Positions 50,403 to 58,927 of a DNA stretch of 64,000 nt are shown here, in pieces. Origin of the DNA: Rhodothermales bacterium. Lineage in GTDB: Bacteria; Bacteroidota; Rhodothermia; Rhodothermales; JABDKH01. Every line of letters begins with the position of its first letter. The first letter of the stretch is position 1. The stretch lies in assembly GCA_013002165.1 (NCBI GenBank), contig JABDKO010000243.1:6760-70759 (forward strand), in the 5' to 3' direction. The notes below the pieces were generated by a model. It saw only the letters and a program-made list of their open reading frames with translations, was not told where the DNA came from and did not search any database. The translations under genes were made by a program, and so were the position numbers.

Positions 50403-51506
50403 CTAGATCAGAGTTTGTTCGGTCTCCCGGTCGAAGAAATGGAGCTTGGTCTGGTCAAAGGCGAGTTTGATCGACTGTCCGGGTTCGGGGACCGGTTGAG
50501 GTTTCACCCTCGCTACCACATCATGATCCAAACTACTGGCGTACAGAACGATTTCGTTGCCCATTGGCTCGAGGACATCAAGGAGCATATCTACTTGCGT
50601 AGCAACGTGTCCGGACCCGTTGTTGGCGATGTAAATATCTTCTGGTCGGATACCCAATGTCACTTCCGACGTCTGGTGATTTGCAAGAGCAGTTTCATAG
50701 TCTCCCTTGAGGGCAATAGTGAACGCATTGCCGTCCGCCCTGAAATGTAGGCCATCGTCTGAAGTGATCCGTCCCGGAACGAAGTTCATTGACGGGCTTC
50801 CGATGAAGCTTGCGACGAACTGGTTAACCGGGTTGTTGTACAGCTGCAATGGGCTATCGATTTGATTGATGTGTCCACCGTTCATGACGACGATACGGTC
50901 CCCCATTGTCATGGCTTCGACCTGGTCGTGCGTGACGTAGATCATCGTTGCTCCAAGCTGACGGTGCAACTTCGAGATTTCGGTTCGCATTTGAACCCGG
51001 AGCTTGGCGTCCAGGTTCGAGAGGGGCTCGTCAAACAAGAAGACCTGAGGCTTGCGGACGATGGCACGCCCGACTGCGACCCTCTGCCGCTGACCACCTG
51101 ACAACTGCTTTGGTTTGTTGCTGAGGATAGGTTCGATGCCCAGAATATCGGCTGCCTGGCGAACTCGTTTGTCGATGTCAGCTTTGTCATACCCTCTTAG
51201 CTTCAAACCGAAAGCCATATTGTCGAAGACGGTCATATGGGGGTAAAGGGCATAGTTTTGAAATACCATCGCTATGTCGCGATCCTTGGGTGGTATGTCG
51301 TTTACTACTCTCTCGCCAATGCTGAGCGTCCCTCCCGTTATGGATTCGAGACCTGCGATCATCCGGAGTGTCGTACTCTTACCACAGCCCGAGGGGCCTA
51401 CCAGTACAACGAACTCACCATCCTGTACCTCGAAGCTGGCGCCGTGTACGGCCTGAAAGCCATTCTCATACGTCTTCTGGACATTATCAAGTAATACTCT
51501 TGCCAT
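50403..51506 (-). CDS. ABC transporter ATP-binding protein, MalK/UgpC/MsmX type
   Basis: Walker A GPSGCGKST, Q-loop, signature LSGGQRQRVA, Walker B FLFDEPLS and a C-terminal TOBE-like regulatory domain. Confidence 0.9.
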   Translation of the reverse strand: MARVLLDNVQKTYENGFQAVHGASFEVQDGEFVVLVGPSGCGKSTTLRMIAGLESITGGTLSIGERVVNDIPPKDRDIAMVFQNYALYPHMTVFDNMAFGLKLRGYDKADIDKRVRQAADILGIEPILSNKPKQLSGGQRQRVAVGRAIVRKPQVFLFDEPLSNLDAKLRVQMRTEISKLHRQLGATMIYVTHDQVEAMTMGDRIVVMNGGHINQIDSPLQLYNNPVNQFVASFIGSPSMNFVPGRITSDDGLHFRADGNAFTIALKGDYETALANHQTSEVTLGIRPEDIYIANNGSGHVATQVDMLLDVLEPMGNEIVLYASSLDHDVVARVKPQPVPEPGQSIKLAFDQTKLHFFDRETEQTLI

Positions 51507-51701
51507 GAACCGGTCTCTATCCTCTAATTATCTCCAAAAGATACAGTGGAGCGACCATGACACCAAGTCCACCTATGCGACGAATTTTCATATCCAGTTT
51601 CATGATTCGTTGATGAACGTGGCGCGACGAGTGCAGACATTGCTTGTATATTCTCCAACTCGGGCCAACCAGAGCTTCCGTCTCCAGTAATCATCCCCCA
51701 C

Positions 51702-52688
51702 TTGCCAATGCGAGATACTATCCGTGATCAACTTGATCGAACTCTCCGATCTACCAACCTGGATCGGTTCGGCGAGAAATATACCGGGAAAGTACGCGAC
51801 ACGTATGCCTATGGCGACCAGTTGATTCTTGTAACGACGGATCGGATCTCGGCATTTGACCATGTACTTCGGCAGACAATACCATTCAAGGGACAGGTAC
51901 TCAACAGGTTGGCAGCATATTTCTTCGAAGCTACCAGCGATGTTGTCGACAACCATGTTATCTCGGTGCCTGATCCCAACGTGACGATTGCAACTCGATG
52001 TGATACCGTACCTGTAGAGTTTGTTGTCAGGGGCTATCTGGTAGGACACGCATGGCGTACCTATTCCAATGGCAAACGCGAATTATGTGGAATATCACTT
52101 GCGGATGGCTTGCAACGTGACCAGAAATTTGAACAGCCGATCCTTACGCCTTCTACGAAGGCAGTTGAGGGCCACGACGAAGACATCAGCCGGGAAGAAA
52201 TTGTGGCCCGAGGTATCCTTTCGGAGCAGGATTTCGATAGGCTCGCTGGACATGCCTTTGCGTTGTTCGAGCGGGGTTCGCAAATGGCCAGCGATCGCGG
52301 ACTGATCCTTGTAGATACGAAGTACGAGTTCGGACTCACTCCGGGGGGAGACTACATTTTGATTGACGAGGTACATACGCCTGATTCGTCTCGATACTTT
52401 TACGGGGATACATACGAGGCACTTCTGGCGGACGGTGGTAAGCAGCGGCAGCTCTCAAAAGAATTCGTCCGCGAGTGGCTGATGGATCACGGTTTCATGG
52501 GCAGGGCCGGTCAAACGCTGCCGGATCTCGATGCTGAAACTAGAATTGATATCGCCGCGCGGTACATCGAGCTATTCGATAAGGTGACAGGTACGGAGTT
52601 CATTCCAGACACTTCCGAGAATCCTGAAGCCCGCATGACCGAGAATCTCAAGTCGGCATTGTCCGCGGCCGGGCAGTCGAAGTACTAG
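51702..52688 (+). CDS. purC: Phosphoribosylaminoimidazole-succinocarboxamide synthase (long form)
   Basis: Motifs GKVRDTY, LILVDTKYEFG and LIDEVHTPDSSRY. The start is TTG 51702 or ATG 51708. Confidence 0.9.
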   Translation: MPMRDTIRDQLDRTLRSTNLDRFGEKYTGKVRDTYAYGDQLILVTTDRISAFDHVLRQTIPFKGQVLNRLAAYFFEATSDVVDNHVISVPDPNVTIATRCDTVPVEFVVRGYLVGHAWRTYSNGKRELCGISLADGLQRDQKFEQPILTPSTKAVEGHDEDISREEIVARGILSEQDFDRLAGHAFALFERGSQMASDRGLILVDTKYEFGLTPGGDYILIDEVHTPDSSRYFYGDTYEALLADGGKQRQLSKEFVREWLMDHGFMGRAGQTLPDLDAETRIDIAARYIELFDKVTGTEFIPDTSENPEARMTENLKSALSAAGQSKY

Positions 52689-53488
52689 TAGTAGTACCGA
52701 CCCGGTCGGCGATCCAGAAACAAATCATTCAGAGGCGTAATCCTCTTGTTGCGCGCTTCGGAAATGTCTATCTCAGCGGTAAGAACTGCTTCTTCGGTTG
52801 CGCTGAGTGATCCGATCGCCTGGCCGTCAGGACTGCAAATAAGGCTCTGCCCGATGAAGGTCAGAGTCTCATCTCCATGGCTTTCCGATCCAGTCCGGTT
52901 CGCCGTTGCTGTAAAAACACGATTCTCAAGTGCACGTATCGGCATTGCTCGCGGGCAGTCCTTGCGAACGAGGTTTGACGGGTGTGCGATCAAATCCGCT
53001 CCCTTCAAGGCCAATGACCGTGCGGCTTCCGGGAAGTACCAATCAAAGCAGATCATGACGCCTAGTCGGTACTTTGTTCCGTTTCGATCATAGAGATCAA
53101 TTACCTCATAGGGTTCCTTGCCAGCCCGGAATAGCTCCTTTTCTTTATAAAAAAGATGCACCTTTCGATACGCCGCAGCGACTCCCTCCGCGCCTACGAC
53201 CACCGCACTGTTGAAGAAATAAGGTCCGTTCTTTTCAGCAACTCCGCAAACGATGGTACATTCCCGGCGCTGCGCAATTTTTTGGAGACGGCGGCAGACA
53301 CGTCCGTCCGGAATTTGCTCTGAAACATCGACAAGGTCTGCAACCGATTTGAAAAAGTATCCAGATGCAGCCAGTTCAGGAAGTACAATCAAATCCGCAT
53401 CAGTAGCGGCGCAAAGGCCATCCAGACGATCGAGATTGGCGTCGACCTTCAGGTACTCGGGCGTATACTGAACAACACTGACTTTCAT
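52685..53488 (-). CDS. Carbon-nitrogen hydrolase (nitrilase superfamily amidohydrolase)
   Basis: E-K-C triad contexts: LPELAASGY, YRKVHLF and MICFDWYFPE. Confidence 0.85.
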   Translation of the reverse strand: MKVSVVQYTPEYLKVDANLDRLDGLCAATDADLIVLPELAASGYFFKSVADLVDVSEQIPDGRVCRRLQKIAQRRECTIVCGVAEKNGPYFFNSAVVVGAEGVAAAYRKVHLFYKEKELFRAGKEPYEVIDLYDRNGTKYRLGVMICFDWYFPEAARSLALKGADLIAHPSNLVRKDCPRAMPIRALENRVFTATANRTGSESHGDETLTFIGQSLICSPDGQAIGSLSATEEAVLTAEIDISEARNKRITPLNDLFLDRRPGRYYY

Positions 53489-53521
53489 TATGTCGCGTCT
53501 CGTCTCATTGTAACAGGTGAA

Positions 53522-53977
53522 TCACTCAACACCTACCCACTCGGAACTTCCGTCAGAAAAATACTCCTTCTTCCAGATTGGAACGTGTTTTTTCAGTTCA
53601 TCTATCAAAAATCGCGACGCGTTGAAGCTCGCGTCCCGGTGGGCCGCAGATGAGGCCACGATGACACTTGCATCGCCTGGCGGTACTTCTCCGAGCCGAT
53701 GTATTATTACGGCTCTGTTGATACTGAAAGACAACAAGGCCTCGTCGACGATCCGGGACATGACCTTTACTGCCATCTCAGGGTAACAATCGTACTCTAG
53801 CCTCACCGTTACTACATTGCCGGTGACGCCCCTTGTGTTTCCGGAGAATACACAAACGCCTCCAGAGACTTCGTCAGTGAGGAAAGCGGAAACCGTATCT
53901 GCATTAATCCCCTGACGCGTCAATCCAACCCAACGTGTGTCTGATCGTTGCTCGAAATCCATCGAATCAGCCTCCAC
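53522..53977 (-). CDS. moaE: Molybdopterin synthase catalytic subunit
   Basis: MoaE-like size and the C-terminal PIWKKEYF motif. Overlaps and follows the moaD-like gene. Confidence 0.8.
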   Translation of the reverse strand: MEADSMDFEQRSDTRWVGLTRQGINADTVSAFLTDEVSGGVCVFSGNTRGVTGNVVTVRLEYDCYPEMAVKVMSRIVDEALLSFSINRAVIIHRLGEVPPGDASVIVASSAAHRDASFNASRFLIDELKKHVPIWKKEYFSDGSSEWVGVE

Positions 53978-54221
53978 TGGCGGGCATCAGGATTGCTACC
54001 TCATCATCGGCGCTAACTCGATCATCATCCTGGGCGTACTCCAGATTTACAGCTACCCGGAAAAACGAACGGTATGCTTCAAGTTTGGGGTATTGTTTGC
54101 AGGCTTCGTCAACAAGATCACGAACAGACAGACTACTCTCCTGCTCGATTTCAAGTGCGTCTGTTCCGAGTCTGTCTTGGAGGACACTGAAAATCTTTAT
54201 CGTGAAGTGGGCCCGGCTCAT
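53967..54221 (-). CDS. moaD: MoaD/ThiS-family sulfur-carrier protein
   Basis: 84 aa with a ubiquitin-like pattern, ending in ...VAILMPASGG, the diagnostic C-terminal Gly-Gly. Confidence 0.75.
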   Translation of the reverse strand: MSRAHFTIKIFSVLQDRLGTDALEIEQESSLSVRDLVDEACKQYPKLEAYRSFFRVAVNLEYAQDDDRVSADDEVAILMPASGG

Positions 54222-54688
54222 TTCGAAGAATCAGCAAGAACAGATTTGACCGCATCAAGGTCAGGCAGATCTCCCGCACTCTCTAGAACTTCTTCATAGA
54301 CTACCGCGCCGGAAGGATCCACTACGAATGCCGCACGACGGGCTATACGATCCAGCTTCATGGCGGTGAAATCATTGTTGTACTTGGCTCCGTACGAGGC
54401 ACACACGCTTGCATTGTGATCGCTGAGCAGATCGAAGGTCAACCCATTGACCTTCTTGAATTCTGCCAGAGCGAATGGTGAATCTGTCGAGATACCGACT
54501 ACAGTGGCACCCGCATAAGATCCAAGGTCGTTGTTGACCATGTTGAGTTCGTTGGTACAGACGCCGGTAAATGCTCCGGGGAAAAACAGCAAGACAACTG
54601 AATTGCCCCGATGCTCGGACAATTTAAACAGATTTTTGCCAGTGGTATATAATTCGAAATCTGGTGCAGAGGATCCTTTGAGGCTCAT
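54218..54688 (-). CDS. Peroxiredoxin (AhpC/TSA, Prx5/BCP-like)
   Basis: Peroxidatic Cys context FFPGAFTGVCT. 156 aa. Confidence 0.85.
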   Translation of the reverse strand: MSLKGSSAPDFELYTTGKNLFKLSEHRGNSVVLLFFPGAFTGVCTNELNMVNNDLGSYAGATVVGISTDSPFALAEFKKVNGLTFDLLSDHNASVCASYGAKYNNDFTAMKLDRIARRAAFVVDPSGAVVYEEVLESAGDLPDLDAVKSVLADSSK

Positions 54689-54703
54689 ATTTTTGGGGTG
54701 ATG

Positions 54704-55945
54704 TTAGTGAAAACGTATTACTGATACTGGTTGTATTCTGGACGCGACTCGCGCCGGTATATAGGCTGCGAGCAGACACAGGAGCAATGTAAATACTGCC
54801 ACAATAACGAAGTCAGAACCGGCAAGTTCTATCGGGGCGGTATCCATGTAGTATGACTCGGCCGGTAGAGGGATAATTCCAAATTTCTTCTGAGCAATAG
54901 CGAGTACAAACGCGAGGATTGAGCCTGTCAGGATTCCGATAGTACCGAGGCCCAAACCAATTAATAAAAACAATCGCCGGACCATTGAGGGGCTTGCACC
55001 AATGCTCATCAGTATTCCAACATCGTTCGTTTTTTCGAGCAAGATCATCAGCATCGTTCCGATGACATTGAATGCTGCAACAAAAACAATAACCGAAATA
55101 ACAATGGGTATAATACTTTCCTGCAGACGAACCCAGGCAAAAATGGATTGGAAGACATCATAAATCGTTCGAGCCATATGCGGGAATCCGATCTCTTCCT
55201 CGATCGCATCCGCGACGGTGGCGGCCTGGTCCTTATCGCGAATCTGAACATCGATTCTTGTTGCGGTATCCGGAGCGTAGTCAAAAAGTTGCCTGGCGCT
55301 TTCAATGTCAGTAAACGCTACTACCTCGTCATAGTCTGCGAGCGAAGTCCTGAAAATTGCGGAAATATAAAACTGCTTGACGCGAGGTATTCCGATACCG
55401 ACATTGCTTCCCATTCGACTATTCTGCAGTGAGAATACTGTGACGACGTCCCCGACGGTCAGACCGAGTTCGTCTGCAAGCGTCCGGCCGATTAGGATTG
55501 CAGGATGGCCCGCGGATTCCTTGAGATCCGGGTTGCCCTCGTCGATGTTGTCGGCAACAAATCCCGGAGGTGATTCCGAACCTGACAAGCGGATTCCCTC
55601 TACGGCATTGCGGGATGCACGGATGAGTCCAAATTCCTCTACGTACGTCTGAACATGGGTAACTTCGGGGAACGTTTCGGATACGGTGCGCACCAGATCA
55701 GACGCGTCAGTGATAGGTATGTCCTGAATGCTTTCGATCTGGATGTGTGAACCGAATCCTACGATCTTTGTCTCAATCTCATTGCTGAAACCTCGGACAA
55801 TTGCCAGCGCGAGAAGCAATGCTGCGACACCAACCGCAATTCCGCCGACGGCTACGACGGTCACGAAGCGCAGAAAGCCCTGTCTCCTTCCCGAAACTTC
55901 GCGAAGGTAGCGTCTGGCAGCGAACGATAGAAAACCTGTGTTCAA
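54704..55945 (-). CDS. FtsX-family ABC transporter permease (LolC/E / MacB-like)
   Basis: N-terminal TM, a large periplasmic MacB_PCD-like domain and three C-terminal TMs. The typical N-terminus FAARRYL is present. Confidence 0.8.
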   Translation of the reverse strand: MNTGFLSFAARRYLREVSGRRQGFLRFVTVVAVGGIAVGVAALLLALAIVRGFSNEIETKIVGFGSHIQIESIQDIPITDASDLVRTVSETFPEVTHVQTYVEEFGLIRASRNAVEGIRLSGSESPPGFVADNIDEGNPDLKESAGHPAILIGRTLADELGLTVGDVVTVFSLQNSRMGSNVGIGIPRVKQFYISAIFRTSLADYDEVVAFTDIESARQLFDYAPDTATRIDVQIRDKDQAATVADAIEEEIGFPHMARTIYDVFQSIFAWVRLQESIIPIVISVIVFVAAFNVIGTMLMILLEKTNDVGILMSIGASPSMVRRLFLLIGLGLGTIGILTGSILAFVLAIAQKKFGIIPLPAESYYMDTAPIELAGSDFVIVAVFTLLLCLLAAYIPARVASRIQPVSVIRFH

Positions 55946-56024
55946 ATGTGAGGTGTGCGGACGTCAAGAATGGGCACGCTACGGTCAGTGCTGGATTATA
56001 GTTCCGCGGTTCTCTAAACAACCA

Positions 56025-56052
56025 AACCCGGAATCCATTCGGATTCCGGGTT
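56025..56052 (-). terminator. Hairpin terminator downstream of the GvpL/F-domain gene
   Basis: Perfect 12-bp stem AACCCGGAATCC-ATTC-GGATTCCGGGTT, 29 nt after the stop. On the minus strand it is followed by the T-rich TGGTTGTTT. Confidence 0.6.
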
Positions 56053-56080
56053 CGTGACGACGATCAATACCTTCGACTGA

Positions 56081-58453
56081 TCAGGCAGAAACGGTACGTT
56101 CTGCGTTTGACGGTTCACCGACAAAGTGGTACGGGGGCCAGGGACCGTGTATTTCGAATCGGAACCCGAGTTCTGAATACTCAGAGCCGAGTCGAGAAAT
56201 TTCGTCTCTCAACAAATCTTGTTTTTCAATCGGTACCAGATAAGCTGCATTGAGTACGATATTATCCTTTGATTGTCCACGGTCATCCATGGATGGCTTG
56301 AAGAGCCCATCGGTCGCGCATTCCATAAGGGATGCGTGGCTTCTGGAAGAGCAGTGCTGTGACATCAGCTCGATCGCCTGTTCGCCATCAATCTTGTTCA
56401 GGCGCTCCATTTCCTCCTTAACGAAGTCTACAACTCCGATGGAGATAGACCCGAGTGAGCTTTCGACGAGTCGGTCGCTTTCAGCAACTTTCGCTGCAAG
56501 CTTCTCTTCGTCTCGATAGATGCGAACGCTCCATTCTTGCTTGCCCTCGATCTTCTGCAAGACGGTCTGATAATGGTCCTCATTGCGCTCAAGCAGTTGT
56601 ATCACCTCCTTTTCATTGCGGTAGACGGTACAAAAGCGCATTGGGATAATGGTTCTGTCGGTATTCAGCGATTCAAGAACCGCAGAATGGAGCTTCACTT
56701 TTTCCTTGAGCCATTCTTTGTCCTGTAGCTTGACTTTGAACGTATCGCCACTGAATTCAGCCACGGGAACGAACGATACGGCTGCACGCAGGCTGCCGTA
56801 GCCAACAATCTCGACCGACCGGTTGGCATCGATTCCTGTTGACGGAAGGTCATCGTCAGTCGGAACCGAACCTTCAGATAGGATTCCGTAGACGTACAGA
56901 GCATCCTCACCATCGTCTGATTGTGCCTCAGAACCGAGCGGTACTGCTGCCTCGATCAGAGAAGATTTGCCCTGGATTGCGGCCTCAACGTCGGCGGGTG
57001 TGTCTGCCGAAAGAACACTGTCGAATGGTTGTTCGATAATTCCAACGGAGTCGTCTCCGGTTATCACTGCTTCTTCGGACTCTACAGGTTCGATATCAAT
57101 GGTGTCATCGATATCGTCGGATTCGACTGTTTCCCAACCACTAACAGGCGAGTTCGGACTGGCGAATTTTGCGCCTTCAGATTCAGTAGCCGGACTGTTT
57201 TCATTCGAGCTGTCGGACTCGCCCTTTTCAGCCCACGCATCAAAGTCATTCGACCACTGCTGGTCGCTGAAATCTGAGGAAGTGTTCAGAGCTTCGAGAT
57301 CCTGGCTGGTGGGCCATTCTTCAATTACATTATCTTTGCTGAAGCCACCATTGACATCGCCGGAGCGTTCACTGGCTGTTGACAGCGTGTCTACATCAAA
57401 AGCACTTGCATCGTCAACTTTTTCGGACAGTTCCGAAATGGCAGAGTTTGTGACTTCCTCAAAGAGTCGGGTTGCCAACTCTGTCTGCGCGGCAACGAGG
57501 CGACCGTCGTCATCCTTGATCGACTTGCGAGCCTCTGCTGCTGCATGCTGTGGATCGGCAATTGATCCCAGTCCATGTTCACGAATATCGGAGACCAGCT
57601 TCGTCTGCAACTTGGTAGCCGCATTCTCCACCTCGTTTGGAACAGCATCAAAGTTTCCGTGGATTTCGTCGGCAACTGCATTTGCATCGCTCACCGAATC
57701 GATGGCGCGAGACTCAACCTGGTTGATCAAATTTGTCCGGAGTGCATCTGCAGCGCGTACAATATTATTGTTGTCCTGAGGCACGTTGTCAGCTATCGAA
57801 CGAGCAATTTCCTCTGCATCGGAGATTGCATCCATTGCACGCTCCTCGATTCGGGACAACAGCAGATCTCGCAATTTGCCAACGATTGGATCTACAATGG
57901 TCGTTTCAGCACCAATTCGATTGCTAAGTTCGGCTGCTACTGCATCGAAATCTGCTACCGACTCGGCGGCGCGTGATGTGATGTCGTCAAGGATTTGAGT
58001 CCGTAGTCGTGCTGTTGCCTCGACAAGCTCGCTGCGGTCTTTGTCAATCGAGTCAAAGACTTCGCTTGAAAGTTTGGTCGGATCTGACATCTGCTCCATC
58101 GACCGGGCGTGAATGGCGTCGATCAGTTTCAGTCGAATGTTGCTGACCGCATCAGGTATCAAATTGCTACGATCCCGGATATTCTCGAATATCGCTTCTG
58201 CGGCGACAGTTGAGTCAGACAAAGAACTCATGGACCGGGCTTCTATTTCAGCGACCAATCGTTGAAAGAGACTCTTTGCAGCCTGTTCAAATTCGGGCGT
58301 ATGTGACGCGTCATCGACTAGTGAATCAGCGATTGTCTGCGGTGAGCCCATCTCCTGAATGGCCTGCTGCAAAACTGCGTTCATAAGCTTTTCTTTCAGA
58401 GCGTTTTTGGCTCCTGAAAGCTTAGCGTTGGATTCGGCGGGATTACCTTTCAT
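56081..58453 (-). CDS. Repeat-containing protein with a C-terminal GvpL/GvpF gas-vesicle-protein domain
   Basis: The last 272 aa carry LYVYGI, RAAVSFVPV, KEWLKEKVKLH, IIPMRFCT, QEWSVRIY and the terminal GPWPPYHF. The N-terminus holds eight 44-aa repeats followed by a D/E/S-rich linker. Confidence 0.75.
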   Translation of the reverse strand: MKGNPAESNAKLSGAKNALKEKLMNAVLQQAIQEMGSPQTIADSLVDDASHTPEFEQAAKSLFQRLVAEIEARSMSSLSDSTVAAEAIFENIRDRSNLIPDAVSNIRLKLIDAIHARSMEQMSDPTKLSSEVFDSIDKDRSELVEATARLRTQILDDITSRAAESVADFDAVAAELSNRIGAETTIVDPIVGKLRDLLLSRIEERAMDAISDAEEIARSIADNVPQDNNNIVRAADALRTNLINQVESRAIDSVSDANAVADEIHGNFDAVPNEVENAATKLQTKLVSDIREHGLGSIADPQHAAAEARKSIKDDDGRLVAAQTELATRLFEEVTNSAISELSEKVDDASAFDVDTLSTASERSGDVNGGFSKDNVIEEWPTSQDLEALNTSSDFSDQQWSNDFDAWAEKGESDSSNENSPATESEGAKFASPNSPVSGWETVESDDIDDTIDIEPVESEEAVITGDDSVGIIEQPFDSVLSADTPADVEAAIQGKSSLIEAAVPLGSEAQSDDGEDALYVYGILSEGSVPTDDDLPSTGIDANRSVEIVGYGSLRAAVSFVPVAEFSGDTFKVKLQDKEWLKEKVKLHSAVLESLNTDRTIIPMRFCTVYRNEKEVIQLLERNEDHYQTVLQKIEGKQEWSVRIYRDEEKLAAKVAESDRLVESSLGSISIGVVDFVKEEMERLNKIDGEQAIELMSQHCSSRSHASLMECATDGLFKPSMDDRGQSKDNIVLNAAYLVPIEKQDLLRDEISRLGSEYSELGFRFEIHGPWPPYHFVGEPSNAERTVSA
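57359..58414 (-). repeat. Eight tandem 44-codon (132-nt) degenerate coding repeats
   Basis: Aligned units begin GAKNALKEKL, AAKSLFQRLV, AVSNIRLKLI, ATARLRTQIL, IVGKLRDLLL, AADALRTNLI, AATKLQTKLV and AQTELATRLF. The shared pattern is A-x-x-x-L-x-x-x-L-[IV]-x-x-I-x-x-R-[AS]-[MI]-x-x-[IMV]-S-D. Confidence 0.85.
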
Positions 58454-58927
58454 TGTGCACTACTAATTTTGTCGTTGTATTTCCCGTTGCCGTCAACGAA
58501 TCGTGGTCGTTGATTCGGCGCGTCACGGGTCTGGTATTTATCGTCGGATGTGATCTAGCGAAGAATGGGCCAAACGGATGAGATGGCGTCCACGAGGGTC
58601 AAATTGCTTTAGTTTTATCGACTTCTCGCATGGAGAAATAAGGCGAAATTAATAGTAATGGTCGTCTCAGCACCATTTTTCGCACTTGGGTTTGTCGCAA
58701 CATGAAATAAAAGTGGGTCAGGTCGATTCGATAACAGCGTCTTGGCCGCTTGTCGGGATAAACGAAACAAATACCTTTATATGGGGAAATTTCTGCCGGA
58801 CGTTCTAGTCGATGAAATGCCTGAGAAGTGAGCATCTGCGGGCCATGCTGTCTCAAAGTTTGCAATATCTTATGGCTAGCAGATAGAACAGGCACCGCAT
58901 GCCCTCAATTACACCCACCACTCTCCA

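Noticed and set aside
51507-51701. Possible purine or ZTP riboswitch upstream of purC.
   Set aside because: I read the spacer for the conserved purine-riboswitch core and the ZTP (pfl) CCGCCTGGGC-type element and found neither. Only a covariance-model scan can formally exclude them.
56967-57779. 270-aa Ser-rich plus-strand ORF.
   Set aside because: It is antisense to the repeat and acidic region of the GvpL/F-domain gene. Its low-complexity composition mirrors the acidic codons.
58599-58895. 98-aa minus-strand ORF in the long spacer upstream of pruA.
   Set aside because: It is basic and Arg/Pro/Cys-rich with no motif, and no coupling to its neighbours. It is treated as non-coding spacer.
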